Source: Longimicrobiales bacterium
Lineage (GTDB): Bacteria > Gemmatimonadota > Gemmatimonadetes > Longimicrobiales > Gaopeijiaceae
Length of the DNA: 64,000 bases
Direction of reading: 5' to 3'
NCBI GenBank assembly: GCA_965219445.1
Contig: CBDCNQ010000004.1
Coordinates: 1,056,001-1,120,000 of the forward strand
Shown here: positions 20,471 to 29,070 of the stretch, piece after piece
How the letters are laid out: each line of letters opens with the position of its first letter
Numbering within the stretch: the stretch's first letter is position 1
Notes under the pieces: generated by a model
The model's input: the letters and a program-made list of their open reading frames with translations, nothing else
Databases searched by the model: none
Told to the model about the DNA's origin: nothing
Translations under genes and position numbers: made by a program

Positions 20471-20546
20471 GATGTCACCTCACTTCGGCGGGGTCCAAGA
20501 GACCCTGGTCAAGGAGCGTTTACGCGCGTCAGCATCACGCGTGCGC

Positions 20547-20606
20547 AAAAGAGAAGCCCCGCAGGACTCCTCGCTAGGGGGGAACCGTACGCGTCGGGGT
20601 TTTCCG
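20547..20606 (-). terminator. Possible terminator downstream of LeuD-like gene
   Basis: Minus strand GAAAACCCCG...CGGGGCTTC followed by TCTTTT. Confidence 0.35.
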
Positions 20607-20680
20607 GGGCAAGGGGTGGAAGAGGTTGTCCGGATTGGGGGCCTCGATCACCTTTCTTGCATCAGGTGATCAGGGCGCGA

Positions 20681-21289
20681 TCACGCTTCGCGACCACCAC
20701 TCTTGCTACCTGGTGACGTGGGGTTCGGCGGCGGCGGAGGTTCATTTCGCAAATCGTATATCCAGGGCCGCCTGTTCCGATCGTGGTTCCGAAACGCCAC
20801 AACATTCTCACTGTGCTGACTTAGTTCATCCAGGTCGCTCAAACCCTGTAACAGCTTGGTGCGCGCACGAGCATCTATGCTGAAGGAAATGGGGTCCATA
20901 CCTGGGACCTCGATCACCTCCCTTTCCAGGTCGACCGTCACTTCCACCCCGGGATTCGCCCCGACTCGGTCGGATATCTCCTTGATCACCTCTTCGCCCA
21001 GAGTCACCGGCAACATGCCGAAGGTCAAGCAGCTGCTGTAAAACGCCGTTCCGAAGTCGGGCGCGATAACCGCTCGAATGCCATAGGCCATGAGCCGGAA
21101 AACCTCAGACTCCGGCACTGCGCCGGTGCCGAAGCTCTCGCCAGCGAGCAGGATCGAAGCATCGTCGTAAGGCTCCTGATCGAGGCCGAAGTCCCCGTCT
21201 TCCGAGCCGTCCGGTAGAAGCGGCGCCGCTGTGCCGGTATGCCGCACAAAGCGTGGACCACTTCCTCCTGGGACCATCGGTAACTTCAC
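20681..21289 (-). CDS. Degenerate LeuD-like aconitase small subunit (paralogue A)
   Basis: FVRHTGTAAPL, ASILLAGESFGTG, GIRAVIAPDFG, VTVDLE; lacks the NVDTD segment, GSSRE replaced by GAVPE; GGAGG before GTG 21289. Confidence 0.8.
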   Translation of the reverse strand: MKLPMVPGGSGPRFVRHTGTAAPLLPDGSEDGDFGLDQEPYDDASILLAGESFGTGAVPESEVFRLMAYGIRAVIAPDFGTAFYSSCLTFGMLPVTLGEEVIKEISDRVGANPGVEVTVDLEREVIEVPGMDPISFSIDARARTKLLQGLSDLDELSQHSENVVAFRNHDRNRRPWIYDLRNEPPPPPNPTSPGSKSGGREA

Positions 21290-21353
21290 ACCGGTCCTCC
21301 TTGCGTCAGCGCCGAACGTCGACGACGAGCGCCTCCGGCGGGCTCGAATACTC

Positions 21354-21383
21354 ATTCTGGCGGGGGTAACGAGCAGCTGTCAA
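21354..21383 (-). promoter_or_regulatory. Sigma70-like promoter (copy 1)
   Basis: TTGACA-N18-CAGAAT on the minus strand; near-identical copy at 27491-27520. Confidence 0.6.
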
Positions 21384-21388
21384 GATAG

Positions 21389-21970
21389 TCAGTGGGGTTC
21401 CGGCCTTTCATCGTTTATTGGCCGGGGAGAGGCGATCGCCTCTCCCAAGAGACGATCGATCGTGCCGTCGGACAGGAGCTCGGGGTGAAGCGAGTGAGCC
21501 AGGCGGGCTCGGATCTCCATTCGGAGCTCCCGGGTGTTCTCGTCCGGCCTTCCCTGCTCCTTCAGTTGCTCGAACACGTCGACGACGGTCTCGGAAAGCA
21601 GCGTCTGTGCCCTCTCAAGCGACACGTCCCCGTCCACGGTGGGTTGCCTTCGCCCTTTCAGCACCCGGAGGTGCCTGTCGAACTCATAGCCCCCTTCGTC
21701 GAGGGTCGTCTCGACCGCTTGAGCGGTCTGTCGAACGGTCGTAAGCCGTTCCAACACCGTGTCGAGCGCGCTTCCCGCCTCGTCATCCTCGGCCGGCACC
21801 TCCTTGGACGCCCACCAGGATGCGATCCGACGAAGCTCGGCGATTCGCGCATCGATCTCCTCCGAGGTTCCCCACCGGAGCAAGAAGGCGTGGTGCTCCC
21901 GCAGGGTGGCGCCCACGTCTTGCACGCCGGCCGCTGCGCCTTGCTCCGCCTCATCGTTTCGGCGTGTCAT
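21389..21970 (-). CDS. Hypothetical helical protein
   Basis: 193-aa ORF with GGGGAG RBS and acidic helical composition; no motif recognised. Confidence 0.65.
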   Translation of the reverse strand: MTRRNDEAEQGAAAGVQDVGATLREHHAFLLRWGTSEEIDARIAELRRIASWWASKEVPAEDDEAGSALDTVLERLTTVRQTAQAVETTLDEGGYEFDRHLRVLKGRRQPTVDGDVSLERAQTLLSETVVDVFEQLKEQGRPDENTRELRMEIRARLAHSLHPELLSDGTIDRLLGEAIASPRPINDERPEPH

Positions 21971-22218
21971 CTCCCCTTTTCCTCCACCTCTGCCATCATC
22001 GACCGCCCCAACTTCCCGAGGGCGTCGGGCCTCCCGTCAAGCATGTATCTGTCGGTCGGCACCGGCAACCCCAACTGGGGCCGCCCCCGATCCCGAAAGG
22101 GGCGCGGTGCTGCCTTCGACGAGCACTCCGAAATCCTCGAAAGAGCCCGGCTGGCTCGCTTGTCCCCCCGAAGGGCCCTCAGTACCTTGTCGCTACCCAT
22201 GGGCTTCAGATCTTCCAT
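21967..22218 (-). CDS. Possible small hypothetical protein
   Basis: ATGA overlap with the next gene; no motif recognised. Confidence 0.3.
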   Translation of the reverse strand: MEDLKPMGSDKVLRALRGDKRASRALSRISECSSKAAPRPFRDRGRPQLGLPVPTDRYMLDGRPDALGKLGRSMMAEVEEKGR

Positions 22219-22257
22219 CCGTCGCCCTCGCGACCCCGAGATCATCCGTCCGGCTCC

Positions 22258-24159
22258 ATGAAGCACTCCTACCGCATCGTACTCGGCGTCTGCGCGCTGC
22301 TCGCGGTCGGCGCGGGGCTTCTTTGGAGCCCAGACGTGGACGAGGACCTGAGGGAGAACCTTCCGGAGCAGACGATGGGGGAAGGGTTCACGACCTCGGT
22401 CACGTGCCAAACGTGCCATCCGGCTCAGTACGACGCCTGGCACCGTTCCTACCATCGGACCATGACCCAGGCGGTTACGCCTTCCACGGTGCTGGGAACG
22501 TTCGACGACGTCGTCCTCGAGGACCGCGGCTACCGGTGGCGCCTCGAGCGCCGGGGCGACGAGTTCTGGGTCGAGATGCCGGACCCGCTCTGGTTCAATC
22601 AACCACCGGGGTTCATGCAGCGTTGGCCCGAGAGCCCACCGCGCTTCGAGGCCCGGGTGGTGATGACCACTGGCTCCCACCACATGCAGAACTACTGGAT
22701 ACGCCGACCGGAGGAGGCCGAAGGCCCTCTCGGGCCCGACAATGGCGCACTCGTCCAGGTCCCATGGGTCTGGCTGATTCCCGAGGGGAGATGGATCCCC
22801 AACCAGGATTCGTTTCTCAGGCCATCGAGCTCCTCCGTCCAGGGAGCGACACCCTGGAACGGTACCTGCTCCCAGTGCCACTCGGTAGGGACCGAGCCTC
22901 GGGCTCTGGAGTACCTCGGCCGCTTTGACACCCGGACGGTGGAGCTGGGCATCGCGTGCGAGGCCTGCCACGGTCCGGCCGAGGAGCACGTCCGTTTCTA
23001 TCAGTCGCCGGTGAGGCGTTATCTCCGGTATTTTCGCCAGTGGCAGGATCCGGACGCCCGCGATCCGACCATCGTCAACCCCGAGAAGCTCGAGCCCCGC
23101 CGCTCCGTGGAGACGTGCGCTCAATGCCACAGTTTCGGAGAGTGGACGGATCAGCAGGCGTACGGGAGGAATGGGGTGCCGTTCCGAGCCGGAGACGAAC
23201 TGGACGAGTACAGGTCCGTGTTCCGCTACACGGATGACCCCGAAGATCCGCTACTGCCGGAGATGCTAGGGAGCGATCCCCTCGCCCTAGAGGGCAATTT
23301 CTGGCCCGACGGAACGATTCGGGTGGCGGGTCGGGAGTACAACGGCCTCCTCGAAGACGCCCATCTCCAAGCGAGCGAGCTGACGTGCCTTTCGTGCCAT
23401 TCGATGCACGAGTACGAGGCCCCGGACACCCAGCTCGATCCCGAGGTGGCTGGAGACCGATCGTGCCTGAACTGCCACGCGGACTTCGCCGACCAGATCT
23501 CGGAGCACACCCGACACCTTCCCGAGTCTTCGGGCAGCGAGTGCATGAACTGTCACATGCCACACACCACGTACGGCCTCTTTTCAGCCATGCGGAGCCA
23601 CCGGATCGACAATCCTAGCGTTCAGGTCTCGGTGGAGAGCGGGCGTCCCAACGCGTGCAACCTCTGTCACCTCGACCAGACTCTGGAGTGGTCGAGTCGG
23701 TATCTGACGGAGTGGTACGGCCAGCCCCTTGTGGAGCTGGACGAGGACGAGCGATCCATCGCCGCCTCAATCCTCTGGACTCTGAAGGGTAATGCGGCCC
23801 AGCGCACGATCCTCGCCTGGCACCTGGGCTGGGACGCGGCTCGGGAGGCGTCGGGCGGTACCTGGATGGCCGCGTATCTAGCGCAGCTCCTCACGGATTC
23901 GTATTCGGCGACCCGGCAGGTGGCCTATCGATCGATCGTCGAACTCCCCGGGTTCGAAGCGTTCGAATACGATTATGTGGCCCTCCGTTCGGAGCTCGAG
24001 GAAAAGGCTACCGAGGCAACGGAGCGCTGGCTCGGATTCGGCGGGCCGGATCAGGCCAGGCCTCATCTTCTCATCGCCGCAAACAGCGAGATCGACGTCT
24101 CCGAGTGGCTCCGACTACTCGCGGAGCGGGACCAGCGGCCCCTGGCAATCATCGAATGA
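22258..24159 (+). CDS. Multihaem c-type cytochrome (8 CxxCH) with N-terminal membrane anchor or signal
   Basis: CQTCH, CSQCH, CEACH, CAQCH, CLSCH, CLNCH, CMNCH, CNLCH; hydrophobic N-terminus from ATG 22258. Confidence 0.9.
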   Translation: MKHSYRIVLGVCALLAVGAGLLWSPDVDEDLRENLPEQTMGEGFTTSVTCQTCHPAQYDAWHRSYHRTMTQAVTPSTVLGTFDDVVLEDRGYRWRLERRGDEFWVEMPDPLWFNQPPGFMQRWPESPPRFEARVVMTTGSHHMQNYWIRRPEEAEGPLGPDNGALVQVPWVWLIPEGRWIPNQDSFLRPSSSSVQGATPWNGTCSQCHSVGTEPRALEYLGRFDTRTVELGIACEACHGPAEEHVRFYQSPVRRYLRYFRQWQDPDARDPTIVNPEKLEPRRSVETCAQCHSFGEWTDQQAYGRNGVPFRAGDELDEYRSVFRYTDDPEDPLLPEMLGSDPLALEGNFWPDGTIRVAGREYNGLLEDAHLQASELTCLSCHSMHEYEAPDTQLDPEVAGDRSCLNCHADFADQISEHTRHLPESSGSECMNCHMPHTTYGLFSAMRSHRIDNPSVQVSVESGRPNACNLCHLDQTLEWSSRYLTEWYGQPLVELDEDERSIAASILWTLKGNAAQRTILAWHLGWDAAREASGGTWMAAYLAQLLTDSYSATRQVAYRSIVELPGFEAFEYDYVALRSELEEKATEATERWLGFGGPDQARPHLLIAANSEIDVSEWLRLLAERDQRPLAIIE

Positions 24160-24208
24160 GCGGCCGGCCCGGTGACCCGCAGGACAGGCAAAAGGCCGTT
24201 GAAGTGCC

Positions 24209-24919
24209 TCAGGGAGGATCTCGGTCACCACGAGTGTCATAGATCCAAGGCCGTAGGATCCGATCTTTGCTCCTCATCTCCGCCGCACTGTCGCTGTGCT
24301 GAAGCCGTTCATCCAGGGTGACGTCCGAGCCCCGAAGCAGATTCACGCGCCGTCTGGAGTCAATCTGGAAGGGAATGGGCCCCATACCCGGGCGCTCGAT
24401 CGCCTGTCTCACGAGGTCGACCGTCATTTCCACTTCTGGATTCGCCCTGACCCCGTCAGCGATCCTTCCGACCACCTCTTCGCCGAGAGTCACCGGCAAC
24501 AGACCGTAGTCAAAGCAGTCATCATAGAACACCGTTCCGAAGCTGGGCGCGATGACCGCTCGCATGCCGCACTGCATGAGCCGGATGACCGCAAACGCCT
24601 GTAGGCTGCCACGGCCGAAGTCCCGACCAGCGAGCAGGATCGAAGCATCGCGATAAGGCTCTTGATTGAGGACGAAATTCGGATCTTCCGATCCGTCGGG
24701 TCGATATCGGAAGCCATGAAAGGCGTGTTGCCCGGCCCATGAACCGTCGTGGGTGTGCGGCTCGAGCTCTGCCGCGCCTGGGTCTATATGCACGGCGTGA
24801 AGGTCGTGAAGCTCGGGGCCCACTGGGGCGATGTACTCGCCTTCGATGTCGCGTTGCAGGAAAGGCGCCGCGATGCCGGTATGCCGCACGAACTGGGGGG
24901 CGGTTCGAAAGATGGTCAC
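24209..24919 (-). CDS. Degenerate LeuD-like small subunit with His-rich insertion (paralogue B)
   Basis: FVRHTGIAAPF, FRYRPDGSEDPNFVLNQEPYRDASILLAGRDFG, AVIAPSFG; GSSRE replaced by GSLQA; insertion LHDLHAVHID..EPHTHDG. Confidence 0.82.
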   Translation of the reverse strand: MTIFRTAPQFVRHTGIAAPFLQRDIEGEYIAPVGPELHDLHAVHIDPGAAELEPHTHDGSWAGQHAFHGFRYRPDGSEDPNFVLNQEPYRDASILLAGRDFGRGSLQAFAVIRLMQCGMRAVIAPSFGTVFYDDCFDYGLLPVTLGEEVVGRIADGVRANPEVEMTVDLVRQAIERPGMGPIPFQIDSRRRVNLLRGSDVTLDERLQHSDSAAEMRSKDRILRPWIYDTRGDRDPP

Positions 24920-24960
24920 GACTCCTCGAGCGTTTCCTCCGGGAGCGAACTCCGGCTACT

Positions 24961-24990
24961 ACCTTGGCACGACTGACAGTTTGCTGTCAA
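24961..24990 (-). promoter_or_regulatory. Promoter with palindromic operator over the -35 box
   Basis: TTGACA at 24985-24990 (minus strand); inverted repeat TGACAG-tttg-CTGTCA at 24974-24989. Confidence 0.45.
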
Positions 24991-25042
24991 TTCAGCCTCC
25001 CGAGCCGGGCAAGGTAGGCGAGCTGCTGGCTCATCCCACGCG

Positions 25043-25075
25043 AAGAAAAGAAGAGGGGCCCCCAGGGGCCCCTCT
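25043..25075 (-). terminator. Rho-independent terminator after the leuC-leuD pair
   Basis: AGAGGGGCCC stem followed by TCTTTTCTT on the minus strand. Confidence 0.75.
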
Positions 25076-25102
25076 CGCTGCCCAGCACCGTTCCCTCAGG
25101 CC

Positions 25103-25789
25103 TCAGCGGCCAGCGCTACGATAATCATAGACCCAGGGACGCTCTCTCTCGTCCTCCGCTCTCTTCGTCCTGGCCGCCGGCAGGTGTGGATTGATTTCTT
25201 CCAGGTCGTCGATAGCGGTCAACAGCTTGTTGCGCGTTCTGGCTTCGGTCTGGAAGGGAATGGGCTCCACGCCGGGCATCTCGATCACCTGCCTTTCCAG
25301 ATCCACCGCCATCGGTATTCCCGGGTTTGCCCGGACCCAGTCCGCGATCCTATCGACCGTCGGCCTGGGAAGCTGCACCGTCAACACGCCGTACTGCATC
25401 GCGTTGGTCAAGAAGATCGGTCCGAAGCTTTGGCCGATGTATACTCGTACTCCCCACGCTGCCAGGGGCCGCGTGATCGCGCCCGAGCGCGAGCTGCCAG
25501 TGCCATAATTCAGACCAACGATCATGATCGAGGCACTGCGATACTGCTCTTGATTGAAAACGAAGTCCGGCCTTTCCGATCCGTCAGCAAAGTACCGGAT
25601 GTTGGCGAAGGCGAGCTCGGACGGGGTATCTATACCCACGCCGGCGAGGCCAGTCGCTGCACCCCCCGGACTGGAGACGTCCGTGCTCACGTTGTTAAAC
25701 ATGAAGGGTGCCGCCAAGCCGACGTGCCGTACGAAGCGTTGGCCTCCTCTTCGCGGACCTGTCTGCTGGTTAGCTTGTTGCATAGTCAT
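25103..25789 (-). CDS. leuD: LeuD-like aconitase-family small subunit (paralogue C, catalytic loop retained)
   Basis: NNVSTD, RYFADGSERPDFVFNQ, NYGTGSSRS, SFGPIF..N; starts 20 bp after the leuC-like stop. Confidence 0.85.
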   Translation of the reverse strand: MTMQQANQQTGPRRGGQRFVRHVGLAAPFMFNNVSTDVSSPGGAATGLAGVGIDTPSELAFANIRYFADGSERPDFVFNQEQYRSASIMIVGLNYGTGSSRSGAITRPLAAWGVRVYIGQSFGPIFLTNAMQYGVLTVQLPRPTVDRIADWVRANPGIPMAVDLERQVIEMPGVEPIPFQTEARTRNKLLTAIDDLEEINPHLPAARTKRAEDERERPWVYDYRSAGR

Positions 25790-25809
25790 TTCCTCTACAG
25801 GCCTCTCCT

Positions 25810-27306
25810 CTACAGGTAGGTTCGCACGTCGGCGACGTAACCGGCGATGGCCGAAGCGGCTACCGTGCTCGTGCTGGCCAGAATGGTGTTGGTGCCTCCG
25901 CCCTGGCGACCGATGTAGTTGCGATTGGAGTTCGACACGCAGCGGTTACCCCGCGTTACATAGTCGCCGTTCGAGCCGTAGCACTTCGAGCAGCTGGGCT
26001 CACGCCACTCCCATCCCGCCTCCCTGAAGATGCGGTCCAGGCCCTCCGCCTCTGCCTGACGCTTGACTGGCTGTGACCCTGGAACGACCCACGCGGACTG
26101 GATGTTCGATGCGACCCGGCGTCCGCGGACCACTTCGGCCGCGGCGCGAATATCACTGATTCGATTCTCGGCGCAGGATCCGATGAACACTTCGTCGATC
26201 GGCGTTCCCAGAATGGGCTCACCCGGGGTGAGGCGGCTGTACTCAATGGCCTGCCGCAACGTCGCCCGCTTCTCCGCGGGCGCATCGTCGGGATCGGGAA
26301 TCCGGTCGTTGATCCCTATGGCGTGCTCGGGATTGATGCCCCACGTGACCTGCGGCTCCACCCCAGTCATGTCGATCGTCTCTTCCCGGTCGAACACCGC
26401 AGCCTCGTCGGTGGGCAGGCCTCGCCAGAACCTCACGGCCTGATCCCAGTAGCGGTCCGCGGGGGCGAACTCCCGGCCCGCCAACCACTCGAACGTCGTG
26501 TCGTCGGGACCCACCATTCCCGTCAGAGAAGCCATCTCTATGGCGAGATTGCAGATCGTGAACCGGGCCTCCTGCGGAAGGGCCCGCACGACGGGACCGG
26601 CGTACTCCACCGCGTAGCCGGAGCCCGAGTCCGTACCGAGCTGGGAGATGATACGAAGGATGATATCCTTCGATCTGAGCCCGGGGCCGAGCCTGCCCAC
26701 GACGTTGACCCGCATGGTCATCGGACGGAGCCGGATGACGGTCCCCGTGCGGAGAATGTTGGTTGAGCTTTCACCTCCCCAGGAGATCAAGCCCATCGCC
26801 CCGTGCGTGCAGGTGTGGCTGTCGCCGGCACAGAGCACCATGCCCGGCTGGCTCAACCCGGTCTCGGGGCCGATGATGTGCTGGATGCCGTGTCTGGGAT
26901 CGAACTGGCCGAACGTGTTGAAGCCCAACTCCCTCATCAACTCGGCATGCTCCTCGTACGCCTGCCAGCCCCTACCCAGCGAGCGGTCCGTATACCTGTT
27001 CGGTGACGTGGAAACCCCATGGTCGGGCACGGAAAAGAAGATCTCGGGATTCGCGACCTCGACACCCTCCGCGCGCAGATCCAACACCTGATCGGGACTA
27101 CCACCGATACACCGGTCGACCTGGAGCAGATCGGTGCGGCCGCCGAGGTTAGTCACCACGTGCGCATCCCAGATCCTGTCGAACAGGGTCGTCGCCACTT
27201 GCTGGCGTTCTCGTGACGCTGACTGACCGTCGCGATCCGCGAAGGGATTGGTCGACACCGCGAACCCTGCCCCTACAGACGTCTTGATGAAGTTCCTTCT
27301 TTTCAT
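25810..27306 (-). CDS. leuC: LeuC-like [4Fe-4S] aconitase-family large subunit with twin-arginine leader
   Basis: TLFDRIWDAHVV, PDH, GDSHTCTHGAMG, FIGSC, CSKC, SNRNYIGRQG; N-terminus MKRRNFIK. Confidence 0.88.
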   Translation of the reverse strand: MKRRNFIKTSVGAGFAVSTNPFADRDGQSASRERQQVATTLFDRIWDAHVVTNLGGRTDLLQVDRCIGGSPDQVLDLRAEGVEVANPEIFFSVPDHGVSTSPNRYTDRSLGRGWQAYEEHAELMRELGFNTFGQFDPRHGIQHIIGPETGLSQPGMVLCAGDSHTCTHGAMGLISWGGESSTNILRTGTVIRLRPMTMRVNVVGRLGPGLRSKDIILRIISQLGTDSGSGYAVEYAGPVVRALPQEARFTICNLAIEMASLTGMVGPDDTTFEWLAGREFAPADRYWDQAVRFWRGLPTDEAAVFDREETIDMTGVEPQVTWGINPEHAIGINDRIPDPDDAPAEKRATLRQAIEYSRLTPGEPILGTPIDEVFIGSCAENRISDIRAAAEVVRGRRVASNIQSAWVVPGSQPVKRQAEAEGLDRIFREAGWEWREPSCSKCYGSNGDYVTRGNRCVSNSNRNYIGRQGGGTNTILASTSTVAASAIAGYVADVRTYL

Positions 27307-27331
27307 GACGTTTCCCTCCTCAAAAGCCTCT

Positions 27332-27475
27332 TTAGATCGCGATCATGCTTCTCGACCACCGCTCTTGCCACCTTGAGCCAGGTCGTTCATACCCTGTTAA
27401 TAGCTTGTTGCGCTGTCTGAGATCCATCGTGAAGGAAATAGACTCCATGCCGGGGCGCTCGATCACCTTGCGCAG
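27332..27475 (-). pseudogene. C-terminal fragment of a fourth LeuD-like gene
   Basis: RKVIERPGMESISFTMDLRQRNKLLTG matches the paralogue C-termini (REVIEVPGMDPISFSIDARARTKLLQG). Confidence 0.75.
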
Positions 27476-27490
27476 CGGGCTCCGCAACTC

Positions 27491-27520
27491 ATTCTGGCGG
27501 GGGTAAGCACCCGCTGTCAA
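27491..27520 (-). promoter_or_regulatory. Sigma70-like promoter (copy 2) upstream of the leuC-like gene
   Basis: TTGACA-N18-CAGAAT; duplicate of 21354-21383. Confidence 0.6.
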
Positions 27521-27751
27521 GATGACCCGATGGGGTTCCAGCCCTTCCTCCCTTTGGGACTGGGTTACCCCGGGGGTACGAGAGCGAGAGCCCTTTGGCC
27601 CTTGCCGGATCTAAGGCCGTTCCCTACCGTCCGTGCAACTTCAAAACGCTGAGATCGGGGAGGCTCGGCCCGTCCCCCACCTCTCCCAAGAGGCGTTCGC
27701 CCACAAGAGGTTATCGCCCACTCAGCTCCAACTCGAGATCCCAGGGTTAAA

Positions 27752-28768
27752 GTGTCGATATCCATTGAAGCAGCAGGATCCACCGAAACAGCAGGATTCC
27801 AACTCCTCAGAGAGGTGGAAGAATCCGTCGACCGGAGAGTCGTCGGACAGAAAGACACCCTGAAAGGGCTTCTGATCGCGTTCCTCACCGGTGGACACGT
27901 CCTTCTGGAGGGGTTCCCCGGAGTGGCGAAAACTCTGCTCGTCCGATCTCTCGCCGGGGCCCTACACACCTCATTCGGACGGATTCAATTCACGCCAGAT
28001 CTCCTTCCCGGGGACGTGGTGGGGGCCCCGGTCTATCATCAAGCGACGGGCGAGTTCGTCGTCCACAAGGGACCGGTGTTCACAAATCTGTTGCTGGCTG
28101 ACGAAATCAACCGGGCCCCGCCGAAGGTTCAGTCCGCCCTCCTGGAAGCGATGGAGGAGGGGAATGTCACGATCGACGGGACGACGTACGCCCTTCCGCA
28201 CCCTTTTTTCGTTCTCGCCACCCAGAATCCAATCGAACAGCACGGCACGTATATGCTCGCCGAAGCCCAGATCGATCGGTTTATGATGAAGCTGCGAATG
28301 GGTTATCCCGAGCGGGAGCAGGAACGGGAGATCATCGAGCGCATCGCCCTGAGCCCGGCCGAATCACCCGACGCCCCGGCCACCGACATGAGTGATCATG
28401 GGACTCGGGGCGCGTCACAGATCCTGGAGGCTCGGGCCGAACTCGACGGCGTGAACGTCGACCAGAAGATCCAGGAGTACGTCGTTGATCTGGTGTTCGC
28501 GACCCGGGATCCTGCTGACGCGGGTCTGTCGGACTTCGTGCCCTTACTCGAGTTCGGCGGTTCACCGCGGGCCTCCATCTTTCTAACCCGGGCAGCGCGG
28601 GCGCACGCATATCTCGCGGGTAGGGACTTCGTGCTCCCCGACGACGTGAAGGGTGTGGCTCACCCCGTCCTCCGGCATCGCCTGCGGACGACCTACGAGG
28701 CGGACGCTCAAGGAATCGACCCCGACGAGCTGATCGACCGGCTCCTGGCCGCGGTGCCTGCGCCCTAG
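27752..28768 (+). CDS. moxR: MoxR family AAA+ ATPase
   Basis: HVLLEGFPGVAKT, RIQFTPDLLPGD, LLADEINRAPPKVQSALLEAMEE, ATQNPIE, VLRHR. Confidence 0.95.
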   Translation: MSISIEAAGSTETAGFQLLREVEESVDRRVVGQKDTLKGLLIAFLTGGHVLLEGFPGVAKTLLVRSLAGALHTSFGRIQFTPDLLPGDVVGAPVYHQATGEFVVHKGPVFTNLLLADEINRAPPKVQSALLEAMEEGNVTIDGTTYALPHPFFVLATQNPIEQHGTYMLAEAQIDRFMMKLRMGYPEREQEREIIERIALSPAESPDAPATDMSDHGTRGASQILEARAELDGVNVDQKIQEYVVDLVFATRDPADAGLSDFVPLLEFGGSPRASIFLTRAARAHAYLAGRDFVLPDDVKGVAHPVLRHRLRTTYEADAQGIDPDELIDRLLAAVPAP

Positions 28769-29070
28769 GAGGGTGATCGGAAAGGGGGGCGGGTCGCGCA
28801 CAGGGCGCTTGTGCGCGTTCAGACAAGGAACGACGACGAGGCGTAGCAGAGCTACTCCGAGGAGGAGAGACGCAGGATCAACCGCACAACCGCCCTGTGC
28901 CCACAACCATGTGGAGCATGATCTTACACGTTGATGGGTTGCTGTGGCACGACCCCATCTCCGTTGTTGGAGCTCCTAGCCGTAGCGAATGCTATGGCGT
29001 CGTTGCTCCGCCTCGGAGCTAGGGCCGTGGCATCCGCAACGCGGCCCACCCCCCTTTCCGATCACCCTCC
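28768..29070. mobile_element. Non-autonomous inverted-repeat element (MITE-like), about 300 bp
   Basis: 30-bp terminal inverted repeats, 28/30 identical (GGAGGGTGATCGGAAAGGGGGGCGGGTCGC); internal 18-bp stem 28798-28815 / 28883-28900; GTAGC-GCTA(C/T) hairpins; no transposase. Confidence 0.8.

Noticed and set aside
21820..22257. N-terminal extension of the cytochrome ORF
   Set aside because: Low-complexity Arg/Pro-rich sequence overlapping a minus-strand gene; the signal-like start is at 22258
25103..27306. Ordinary leucine biosynthesis operon
   Set aside because: No leuA, leuB or ilv genes; RR leader and altered substrate motifs
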